Shown here piece after piece: positions 1-11,088 of a stretch of DNA of 64,000 nt. The stretch is taken from NCBI RefSeq assembly GCF_963921235.1, contig NC_086101.1:1674001-1738000 (forward strand), read 5' to 3'. The notes below the pieces were generated by a model. That model did not search any database. It worked only from the letters and a program-made list of their open reading frames with translations, and was not told the origin of the DNA. How positions within the stretch are numbered: position 1 is the stretch's first letter; each line of letters starts with the position of its first letter. This stretch comes from Mobula hypostoma. Its lineage: Eukaryota. A program made the translations under genes and the position numbers.

Positions 1-540
1 TAGAAAGACACCAGTCAGGCCTGTCAACAGTTTTGGGCCCCATATCTCAGAAAGGATGCGTTGTCATTCAAGAACGTCCAGAGGAGCTTCTTAAGGATAG
101 TCCTGGGAATGAAGGGGTTAAGATATGAGGAGCATTTGGCAGCTTTGGGCCTGTACTCACTGGAATTTAGAAGAATATGTGGGGATCTCATTGAAACCTC
201 CCAATGTTGAAAGGAATGGATACGGTGAATATGAATGTGGAGAGGATTTTTCCTGTGGTGGGAGTATCGAGAACTAGAGGACATAGCCTCAAAATTGAGG
301 GGCAAACAAAGGTAAAGAGAATTCTTTTTTTAGCCAGAGAATAGTGAATCTGTGGATTGCTCTGCCACAGACCGCAGTGGAGGACAAGTCTGTGGGTATA
401 CTTAAAGCAGAAGCTGGTAGTTTCCTATTGGTCAGGGCATCAAAGGATATGGTGAGAAGACAGGTGTATGGGATCGAGTGGGATCCAGGATCAGCCATGA
501 AGAAATGGGCTGAATGGCCTAATTCTGCTCCTGTCTTATG
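1..540 (+). mobile_element. CR1 LINE 3' end (degenerate)
   Basis: ORF2 C-terminal-like sequence and the 3' tail GGCTGAATGGCCTAATTCTGCTCCTGTCTTATG shared with many CR1 copies in the window. Confidence 0.85.
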
Positions 541-860
541 GAGCATGAACCAGTCTTCACTGAGGGATTAGCTGTGGAGAGAATGAGAAATTTCAAGTTC
601 TTGAGTATCAATATCTCTGGAGACCTCTCCTGGACACAACATATTGATGCAGCTGTAAAGAAGGCAAGACAGTGGCTATATTTCACAGGGAGTTTGAGGA
701 GATTTGATATGTCACCAAAAACACTCACAAATTTCTACGGATATGCTGTGGAGAGCATTCTCACTGGCTGCATCACCGACTGGTATGGGGGAGTGAATGC
801 ACAGGATCAAAGTAAACTGCAGAGAGTTGTTCAATTGATCAGCTTCAACATGGTCACTAG
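541..860 (+). mobile_element. Rex1/Babar-type LINE fragment (post-RT region)
   Basis: ORF 538-903: FKFLSINISGDLSWTQHIDAAVKKARQWLYF...LTNFYGYAVESILTGCITDWYG. Confidence 0.8.
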
Positions 861-952
861 CCTATTTAACCTTGCATTTGAGTTCTATCAGAGAAAATAT
901 TAATATGATCAGTTCCTCATTTTAACCAACAATATGTGTTCTATCCCAACAG

Positions 953-1060
953 TTAAAGCATGCCAGTATCCCATAAGCCAAACATCAGGAAGTGCTACCT
1001 CTGCAGCAGTGGCCTATGTATTTATTTTAGGATTAATATTCATCCTGTTTATTAAATACA
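953..1060 (+). CDS. Candidate internal exon encoding stalk plus transmembrane helix of an unidentified type I membrane protein
   Basis: Acceptor tgtgttctatcccaacAG|, donor TACA|GTGAGT; 108 bp, phase 1-1; only one open frame: xKACQYPISQTSGSATSAAVAYVFILGLIFILFIKY; lies in non-repeat sequence. Confidence 0.7.
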
Positions 1061-1419
1061 GTGAGTACTTATTTTGATTTCGATTAATGTCATGACATTT
1101 CCAGAAAAGGGTTTTATAATGCAGATCAGCTTATACTTTCTTTGCCTGATGTCATATTTATTCCAATATTATTTAAAGATTTGACACACAGAGTTCTTTA
1201 TCCTTTGAGCATCCAGGACAGTCTTCACCCTTTAATATTTTACCCGTAAAATATTTGCCACAATTGCTCCATATCTTAAATCCAAGAAAGAACTTAAACC
1301 ATTAAAACTTTGGCCTACGGCATCTCAGTCAATAAACCTTCAGTCATAACTGCAGGCAATTAGTTCTGCATTTGTCAACTATGTATAGTTGTTTCTATCT
1401 CTTCCAGGGATGAGAACAA

Positions 1420-1850
1420 TGTGTCACTAAATTTGTTGTTTTGCAGCTGTAGTACATTGCAATACATAATAATTTTTTTTTAATCTATTAATTACAATAA
1501 GAAATATATATATAAAAAGTTAAATTAAGTAGTGCAAAAAGAGAGTGAGAAAAACAGTGAGGTAGTATATGTGCGTTTATTGTCCATTTAGAAATCCAGC
1601 GGCAGGGGGGTGGAAACTGATCCTGAAACATTCAGCGTGGGGCTTCAGGCTTCTTGATGGTAGCAATGAGAAGAGGGAATATCCAGGGTGATGGGGGCCC
1701 TTACTGATGGATGCCTCCTTTTTGAGGCATCGCCTTTGGAAGGTGCTGGGGAGACGAGTGCCCATGGTGGAGCTGGCCGAGTTTGCTGCTTTCTGCGGCT
1801 TTTTCCCACCCTGTGCAGTGGCCCCTCTGTGCCAGATGATGTGAATGGTC
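1420..1850 (-). mobile_element. Rex1/Babar-type LINE 3' fragment
   Basis: RRCLKKEASISKGPHHPGYSLFSLLPS...FRISFHP matches the Rex/Babar C-terminus; AT-rich 3' UTR. Confidence 0.75.
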
Positions 1851-1875
1851 CCCACAGAACTGATAATTGTTGCTC

Positions 1876-2450
1876 TTGAACCACCTCACGCTTATCTGAG
1901 TTGAACTCCTTCTGCCACTTCTCAGCCCAGTTTTGCATCCTATCAATGTCCCGCTGTAACCTCTGACAGCCCTCCACACTATCCACAACACCTCCAACCT
2001 TTGTGTCATCAGCAAACTTACTAACCCATCCCTCCACTTCATCATCCAGGTCACTTATACAAATCACAAAGAGTAGGGGTCCCAAAACAGATCCCTGAGG
2101 CACACCACTGGTCACTGGCCTCTATGCAGAATATGACCCATCTACAACCACTCTTTGCCTCCTGTGGACAAGCCAGTTCTGGATCCACAAAGCAATATCC
2201 CCTTGAATCCCATGCCTCCTTACTTTCTCAATAAGCCTTGCATGGGGTACCTTATCAAATGCCTTGCTAAAAATCCATATACACTACATCTACGGCTCTA
2301 TCAATGTGTTTAGTCACATCCTCAGAAAATTCAATCAGGCTCATAAGGCATTGATAAAGCCATGCTGACTATTCCTAATATTATGCCTCTCCAAATGCTC
2401 ATAAATCCTGTCTCAGGATCTCCTCCATCAGCTTACCAACCATTGAAGTG
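1876..2450 (-). mobile_element. CR1 LINE RT fragment
   Basis: TSGVPQGSVLGPLLFVI...SKFADDTKVGG RT motifs. Confidence 0.9.
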
Positions 2451-2549
2451 GTTGTTAAGTAAATGATGTCCATCTGTTCCCCCCTATCCATTACACTCGT
2501 TATATCCTCAAACAGATAGAAGTGAAGTTACATTCCATAAGTGGAACAA

Positions 2550-2960
2550 GTACTACACCTGCCCCTACACCTTCTCCCTCACTACCATTCAGGGCCCAAA
2601 ACTGTCCTTCCAGGTGAGGCGACTCTTTACCTCTGAGTCTGTTGGGGTCATACACTGTATCTGGTGCTCCCGGTGGGGATTTCTGTATATTGGTGAGACC
2701 TGACGTAGATTGGGAGATCGCTTTGCTGAGCACCTACATTCCGTCTGCTGGAAGAAGTGAGATCTCCCAGTGGCCGCCCACTTCCTATTCCCATTCTGAT
2801 ATATCAATCCGTGGCCTCCTCTACTGTTGCGATGAGGCCACTTTCAGGTTGGATGCCTTATATTCTGTCTGGGTCGCGTCTAACCTGATGGCCTGAACAT
2901 TGATTTTCGAACTTCTGGTCATAGCCACCCCCCCTCCCCCCTTCACATTCCCCATCTTCA
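2550..2960 (+). mobile_element. Penelope-like element fragment (degenerate GIY-YIG endonuclease)
   Basis: Similar to the intact copy at 21103-21926 (TATATTGGTGAGACC...GGAGATCGCTTTGCTGAGCAC). Confidence 0.85.
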
Positions 2961-5835
2961 TATAAGAAAAAAATAAGGAATAAAACATTAGAGGAGTTAC
3001 AAAACAAGCTGAAGGAACTAGAAAAAAAACACAAATTGAGTTTGGCGCAGGATACATTAGAGGAAATTTAAAAAATTAGAAATAAAATTAATAGTTTGGC
3101 TACACAAGAAATCAGGAACAATCTAATGTTTTTGAAACAGAGACACTATGAAATGCAACTAGTAGGCGTAAATTAAGCAAGTCACCAGGATCAGATGGAT
3201 ATATGGCAGAGTGGTATAAAGAGTTTAGAAGTAAGTTAATTCCTGTTTTACTCCCCACACTGAACTGGGCTCTAAGAAAGGCGCAAATGCCCCCCAGCTG
3301 GAAGGAGGCGATAATCCCAGCTATACCGAAAGAAGGCAGGATAAAATGGAATGTGGGTCATTTGGACCAATATCTGTTCTTAATGTAGATTATAGAATAT
3401 TTACATCCATCATGGCCAAACGATAATGATCAGACAGGTTTTATACAACAACGCCAAACACAAGACAATATACAAAGGACACTTCACATTATGGATCATA
3501 TAAAAAAAATGAAATTGAAGCAATAGTGATAAGTGTGGATGCTGAAAAGGCATTTGATTCGGTTAATTGGAATTTTCTTTACAGGTTTTACATAGATTTG
3601 TTTTACATGACACAATTATTAAAACTATACAGGCACTATCTGACAATCCCACTGCTAGGATTAAAATCAATGGATATTTATAAAATAGTTTTACCCTAGA
3701 AAGGGGCTCGAGACAAGGTTGTGCATGGTCACTGCTACTTTTCACATTTATCTGGAAACATGAGCTCAATACATCAGACAAAATGAAGATATCAGAGGAA
3801 TTACTATTAAAGGGACAGAGCATAAATTGGCCTGTTATGCGGATGACATTTTGATCTACCTCAGGCAACCAACATATTCTTTACCAAAATTGATGCAATC
3901 CTTTGAACAATATGGTCAATTATCAGGACACAAGATCAACAGAGATAAAACCCAATTACTTTCATATAACTATAGCCCATCAAGAGAAATTGAAAGTAGA
4001 TATCCCTTGGTATGGCAAATAGTCTTTCAAATATTTGAGCATCATCATGCCAAAAGATTTGGCAAGATTATCAGAATGCAATTATTTGCCTATGTATAAA
4101 AAAATTAAGGAACAAGATGGAATTTAATTCCTTTCTTTAGTCTCAGTTCAAGGATTGAATCTATTAAAATGAATATATAGTATTGCCCAGACTACTATAT
4201 CTTTTTCAGACCCTACCAATAGAGATTAATAAAAATCAATTCCTGAATGGCACAAAATATTATCAAGGTATATATGGCAAGGTAAAAGGCCTAGAGTTCG
4301 TCTCAAAACTTTGCAATTAGCCAAGGAAAAGGGGAGATGGGGCCTACCTTCTCTTCGAGATTATTATTTTGCAGCACAGTTGAGGCTGTGATATGCTGGT
4401 GCAACCCATCATATGATGCTCAATGGAGAAACATTGAAGAGAAGATACCTTCCATCCCCATACAGGCAATTTTGACTGATAACAACCTACAAAGTTATAT
4501 AAATACTATTGATAACCCGTGGGTGAAACGGTCTCTTAAAATATGGAAAACTATTATAAAAGAATATAAACTAGAGGGATATATTGTAATTCCTAAATGG
4601 TGTGCATATGACTCGGATTTTACGCTGAATAAACTGGATGCTAGATTTAAGGATAGTACAGCTGAAGGATTAACAGTTCTTTGCAATATAATGAAAGAAG
4701 GAACATTGTTCAGTTTCGAAATGCTTAAAGAGAAACACTTATTAGAAAAACGAAGGGTCTCGGCCTGAAATGTCGACTGCATCCTATAGATGCTGCCTGG
4801 CCTGCTGCATTCCACCAGCATTTTGTGTGTGTTACTTTTATCGGTATTTGTAGATGCAACATTATGTTAATAGAAGGGTGAAAAATGTAACTGAGGCAAG
4901 TACATGGTTGATAGAACTGTTTAGAAAAGCATATAATTCAGATAATGGTAGTAGAATCATTTCAAACGTGGTATAAGGGTCTGTCAAATCTTAAAACACA
5001 TTGGACTTCATACATTAAAACAAAATGGGAGAGGAAGGAGGGATAACTATATCTGAGGAAGAATGAACAATAATATGGAGGTATCAATGGAAGTGTACCA
5101 GTTCACAGAAATGGAGGGAGTTTGGGTGGAAAAATCTGATAAGATATTTTACTACACCCTCTCAAATCTCATTATGATAGTAACCTCCCTGTTTGCTGGA
5201 GAAATTGTGGAAATCAAAATGCAAACCATTACCGTATTTTCTGGGAATGCCCCATTATCAAAGACTATTGGAGTGGGATACATAATGCCCTACAAGACAT
5301 TTTTAAATGTGAAATACCCTTAGAAAGTAAGACCATATATTTTGGGTATGTACCTCAAGAATGGTTGAAAAGAGATAAATATTTAATGAACGTACTGCTG
5401 GTGGCTGGTAAAAAGACGCTTACCAGGAAATGGTTATCACAGGAAGAGCCCAACTTTAAATGTATGGATGGAAATTACAATGGACATTTACAAAATGGAG
5501 AAGATAACAGCATCTGTCAATCATAAATTGGAACAATTTGATTCATACTGGGAAAAATAGTTTCACTATATAACACCCTATAGGCCTGATTTTGTTCCTA
5601 CAAAACAATGATTAAGTTGTTTAAAAAAAAGATCACTCCCTACTTGTACATACTTTTCCTTTGGTTTGTTCTTTCTTTTTCTTTTTTTTAATAAGTGTAT
5701 ACCTCAGATAAATACTATGTGCAGATTTGTAGCAATCATGAATATATGATATATACATACAATATCTGAAATACATCTTATGGAAATGTTTGTATGATGC
5801 TGAATTTCAATAAAAAATAAACTACAAAAAGAAAT
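2961..5835 (+). mobile_element. L1-clade LINE, 5'-truncated, ORF2 frameshifted
   Basis: KSPGSDGYMAEWYKEFRSKLIPVL, PPSWKEAII, DAEKAFD, ACYADDILIYL motifs; AATAAA and A-rich tail near 5808-5835. Confidence 0.85.
4751..4833 (+). mobile_element. Short Penelope-like 3' tail inserted in the L1
   Basis: CGAAGGGTCTCGGCCTGAAATGTCGACTG...GATGCTGCCTGGCCTGCTG...TGTGTGT, the same tail as 21800-21926. Confidence 0.8.
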
Positions 5836-5889
5836 TACCTAGGGTAAGTTCCAAAGAATATGCACCCAATTTGTTTAGCTGCTTGGCAT

Positions 5890-6505
5890 ATCTTATATCC
5901 TCTATCTTATAAGATATAGGAGCAGAATGAAGCCATTCATCCGATGGAGCCTGTTCCACAAATCCATCATTGCTGATTTATTATCCCTCTCAGCCCCATT
6001 TTCCTGCCTTTTCCCTGTACTCTCTGGTGCATTGACTAATGAAGAGTCTATCGAGCTGCACTTTAAATATTCTCAATGAGTTGGCCTCCACATCTGTCCG
6101 TGGCAATGAATTCCACAGATTGCACTCCCTTTGGCTAAAGGAATTCTTCCTCATCCTTGTTTGAAATGGATGTCCCTGAAATTTGGGGCTTTGCCCTCTG
6201 GTCCTAGGTTCCCCCACTATAAAAAAGATCCTCATTACATCCACTCAATCTAGGTCTTTCGATATTCGATAGGTTTCACTGAGATCCTCACCCTCATGCT
6301 TCTACACTCCAACGAGTATAGGTCCAGAAACTATAAATGCTCCTCATACGTTAGCCTTTTCATTCTCAGAATCATTCTCATAAACCACCTCTAGACCCTT
6401 CCAATGCCAGCACATCCTTTCTCAAATAAGGATCCCAAAATGTTTACAATACTCGAAGAGTGGACAGATCAATACCTGGTAAAGCTTCAGAATTACTTCC
6501 TTGCT
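5890..6505 (-). mobile_element. CR1 LINE 3' end
   Basis: MRKNSFSQRECNLWNSLP motif; tail AAGATATAGGAGCAGAAT on + strand. Confidence 0.85.
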
Positions 6506-6527
6506 CTATGTGATAATGAACCTAATC

Positions 6528-6628
6528 CTGAAATTTCCTGTGGTAATATGGTTTGTTTGATTAGTTCTGAAATTTCCTGTGGTATTGTGGGTTGTCTGAT
6601 GAGATTCTGAAATTTCCTGTGGTAATAT
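6528..6628. repeat. About 40-bp minisatellite, left half
   Basis: CTGAAATTTCCTGTGGTAATATGG... at 6528, 6567 and 6607; the array continues at 14057-14185. Confidence 0.85.
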
Positions 6629-6993
6629 TACTTGTGGAAAAAGAGCTTTGACCAACAGCCATCTGGACATCAGAAGTTTTCAGAGGAGGAAACTTCAATT
6701 GCAGCCACTGGCCAAATACAAAACGTAGCAGCTGGTCGCTACAGTGAAAAACAGCTTTGACCAGTGGCCAATCCAGACATCAGAAGTTTTGAGAGGAGGG
6801 GCTTTCAATCTAGTTTACTGCTTGAATACAAAAGGTAGCAGTGGGTCAGTACAATGAAAAAGCTCTGACCAGCCACAAATTGGTGTTTGGGATTGATTAG
6901 CAAGAGCAAATTAAAGGAAGCTAGGGGCAAGTGCAGCGGTCAGTCTGAGTGGATAGAGTCTGAGTAATCTTGAGGCTTTAGTTCTTTGTTTAA

Positions 6994-7479
6994 TACTGTT
7001 TGGGCTTCTGTATGCAAGTCTCATCAAGGTCTTTTTACCCTTGCAGTTCCTTAGTTCTATCCACAATTATTCAACATCTTCGACCCTATGTCACCTCTTC
7101 CTAACGATTTGATTTGATTTTTTACCAGCACGCATTAAGCTCCCAGCCATAATTTTCTTCCAGCCACGATTCAGTGATGCCCACAATATCAGACATGTCA
7201 ATCTGTAACTGAGCTACAAGTTCATCTACCTTATTCTGTACACTGCGCATTCAAATATAACACCTTCAGCCATCCTCCTACTCCAGCTTCTTAGCCACTT
7301 ATTAAACTGCATAATCTTCACAGCTTTGGCCTCACTAACACGTGGCACGGGTAGAAATCCTGAGATCACACCCCTGGAGGTCCTGCCCTTCAACTTGGCA
7401 CCTAACTCCCTGAACTCCCTTTGCAGAAGCTTGACGGTTGTCTTACCATTGGTACCCACATGAACCATGGCTTCTGGCT
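6994..7479 (-). repeat. Inverted duplicate of 8113-8604
   Basis: Near-identical reverse complement (ORF 7226-7468 matches the C-terminus of ORF 7965-8372). Confidence 0.95.
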
Positions 7480-9493
7480 TTCGCCAAGAGAGGCTTCAGT
7501 CAAAGAAGGCATATCTGCTCAGCTAGGACAGTAGAGATGCCACACAAAATAGTTGAATGTTCCTGTTTTGGGATTTGGGAAAGCAGGGAGACCTCCGGTG
7601 TCCCTGACAAATTACAACTACATGAAGTGCATCCAGCTGCAGCTTCTAACAATCTACGTTAAGCAGGTGGGGCTGGAAATGGATGAACCCCAAATCATTT
7701 GGGAGTCTGAGGGGTGACAGATAGGACATACAGAGAGTTAGTCGCACCCAAGGTGCAGTACACAGGAAACTGGGTGACAGTCAGGAAGGGAAAAGGAGCT
7801 AAGGGGGCACTGTAGAGTAGCCTAGGGACCATCCCCCTCAACAACAGGTATACTTTGGATATTGTTGGGGGGTGTGACCTAACAGAGGAAAGTGACAGTG
7901 GTCGGTTCTCTGGCACTGAGTCTGTCTCTGTGACTCAGGAGGAAAGGGCAGAGTAGAGCATGCTGTGGTGATAGGGGAATCATCAGTTAGGAGAATGGAC
8001 AGGAGGTTCTGTGGGTGGGAACGAGATTCCCAGGTGGTATGTTGCCTCCTGGGTGCTAGGGTCCAGGGGATCCTGGATCAAGTCCTCAACATTCCTAAGT
8101 GGGAGGGTGAACAGCCAGAAGCCATGGTCCATGTGGGTACCAATGACATGGGTAAGACAACTGTCAAGCTTCTGCAAAGGGAGTTCAGGGAGTTAGGTGC
8201 CAAGTTGAAGGCCAGGACCTCCAGGGCTGTGATCTCAGGATTTCTACCCGTGCCACGTGTTAGTGAGGCCAAAGCTGTGAAGATTATGCAGTTTAATAAG
8301 TGGCTAAGAAGCTGGAGTAGGAGGATGGCTGAAGGTGTTATATTTGAATGCGCAGTGTACAGAATAAGGTAGGTGAACTTGTAGCTCAGTTACAGATTGA
8401 CATGTCTGATATTGTGGGCATCACTGAATCGTGGCTGGAAGAAAATTATGGCTGGGAGCTTAATGCGTGCTGGTAAAAAATCAAATCAAATCGTTAGAAA
8501 GAGGTGACATAGGGTCGAAGATGTTGAATAATTGTGGATAGAACTAAGGAAATGCAAGGGTAAAAAAACCTTGATGAGACTTGCATACAGAAGCCCAAAC
8601 AGTAGTAAGGATGTGATCTACAAATTACAATGGGAGATAGAAAATACATGCCAAAAGGGCAATGTTACAATAGTGGGGGGATTTCAATATGCAGATAGAT
8701 TGAGAAAGTCAGGTTGGTGCTGGATTCGAGGAGGGAGATTTTTCTAGAGGGCTTTTTAGAGCAGCTTGTGTTTGAGCCCACTGTGAAATCCACTAATCTG
8801 GATTGGATATTGTGCAATGAACTGGAATTGATTAGAAAGCTTAAGGTAAAAGAACCCTCGGCGGAACGGGTATGATTGAATTCACCCCGAAATCTGAAAA
8901 GGAGAAGCTAAATTCAGATATATTAGTTTTTCGGTGGTATAAAGGGAATTACAGAGGCTTGAGAGAGACGTTGGCCAGAATTAATTGGAAAAGAACTCTG
9001 GCAGGGATGACAGCAGAGCAGCAATGGCTGGAATTTCTGGAAAAAGGAAAGGAAAAAAATCACAGAACAGTAGCTAACAAGGGAGGTCAAAGCCAACAAA
9101 AAAAACCAAAGAGGGGACATATAATAGAGCAAAAGTTAGTGGGAAGTTAGAGGATTGGGAGGCTTTTAAAAATCAATGGAAGGCAACTAAAGTCATTGAG
9201 AAGGAAAAGATGGAATATGAAAATAAACTAGTCAATAATATTAAAGAGGAGACCAAAAATTTCTTCAGATGCATAAACTGTAAAAGAGAGGTGAGAGTGG
9301 ATATCGGACCGTTGAAAAACAATGCTGGAGAGGTAGTAATAGGGGACAGTGAATTGGCAGATGAACTGAATAAGTATTTTGCATTATTCTTCACTGTGGA
9401 AAGACACAAGCAGTATGGCGGAAGTTCCAGGTGTCAGGGTCATGAAGTGTATGAAGTTACCATAACTATAGAGAAAGTTCTTAGGAAACTGAA

Positions 9494-9716
9494 CAAGAGA
9501 GAATCTGCAGATACTGGAAATCCAAGAAACCCACCCAATATGCTGGAAGAACTCAGCAGGCCAGGCAGCATCTATGGGAAAGAGTGCAGTTGACATTTTG
9601 GGCTGAGACCCTTCCAAACAATGCTGAAGGGTCTCGGCCTGAAACATCGACTGTAATCTTATCCATAGATGTTTCCTGGCCTACTGACTTCCCCTAGTAT
9701 TTTTGTGTGTTTCATG
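9494..9716. mobile_element. Palindromic non-autonomous Penelope-derived element
   Basis: Two Penelope 3' tails head to head; TSD GGAAACTGAA at 9484-9493 and 9717-9726. Confidence 0.85.
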
Positions 9717-11088
9717 GGAAACTGAATGGTCTGAAGGTAGATAAGTCACCTGGACCAGATGGTGTACACCCCAGGGTTGTGTAAGAGGTGGCTGAAGAGA
9801 TCATGGATGCATTAGTAATGATCTCTCAAGAATCACTAGATTCTGAAATGGTTCCAGAAGACTGGAAAGTTGCAAATGTCACTCCACTCTTCAAGAAGGG
9901 AGAGAGGCAGAAGAAAGGAAACTCAAGGCCAGTTAGTCTGACCTCAGTGGTTGGGAAGATGGGAAGTCAATTATTAGGGATGAGGTCTCGAGATACTTGG
10001 AGGGACACGATAAAATAGGGCATAGTCAGCGTGGTTTCCTCAAGGGAAAATCTTGCTGAAAAATTTGTTTCTCTTTGAAGAAATAAAAAGCAGGATAGAC
10101 AATAAGGAGAATTGGTGGATGTTTTGTAACTGACTTTTCAGAAGACCTTTGACAAGGTGCCACACATGAGGCTGCTTAACAAACCATGAGCCCCTGGTAT
10201 TGCAGAAAAAGTTCTAGCATGGATAAAGCATTGGCTGATTGGCAGAAAACAACGTGCAAGAGTAAAGGGAGCCTTTTCCTGTTGGCTGTCGGTGACTAGT
10301 CATGTTCCACAGGCGTTTGTGTTGGGACTGATTCTTTTTATGTTACATGTCAATGATTTGGATGATGGAATTGATGGCTTTGTTACAAAGTTTGCAAATG
10401 ATGATATGAAGATAGCAGGTAGTTTTCAGGAAGTAGAGATGCTACAGGAGGACAGATTAGGAGATGGCACAGCACTTTGGTAGAAGAATTGAAAGAGTTG
10501 ACTGTTATCTAAATGTGAAGAAAATACAAAAAGCTGAGGTGCGAAGGAACTTCAGAGTCCTTGTGCAGGATTCCCTGAAGGTTAATTTGCAGGTTGAATC
10601 TTTGGTCAGAAAGGAAAATGCACTGTTAGCATTAATTTCAAGAGGACTAGAATATAAAAGCTAAGATGTAATGTTGAGACTTTATAAAGCACTGACAAGG
10701 CCTCACTTGGAGTATTGTGAGCAGTTTGGCACCCCTTATCTTAGAAAAATGTGCTGAAACCGAAGAGGGTTCAAAAAAGGTTCATGAAAAAGATTCCAGG
10801 ATTAAACAGCTTGTCATATGAAGAGTGTTTAATGGCTCAGGGCCTGTATTCAATGGAATTCAGAAGAATGAGGGGTGACTTTGTTGAAACCTACCAAATG
10901 GTGAAAGGCCTTCATAGAGTTGATGTGGAGAGGATGTTTCTTATGATGGGAGAGTCCAAGAGCAGAGGACACATCCTCCAGTAGAAGGGTATTCTTTCAG
11001 AATGGAGATGTGGGGGTATTTCTTTCGACAGAAACTGGTGAATCTGTGGAATTTGCTGCCACAGGCAGCTGTTGAGGCCAAGTCTTTA

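Noticed and set aside
1408..1420. Strong acceptor (gtttctatctcttccAG) followed by a possible 13-nt micro-exon that would shift the 14354 exon to a frame ending CVLL* (CaaX-like)
   Set aside because: The donor GTGTCA is weak and lies at the edge of a Rex-type repeat; cannot be supported without transcripts
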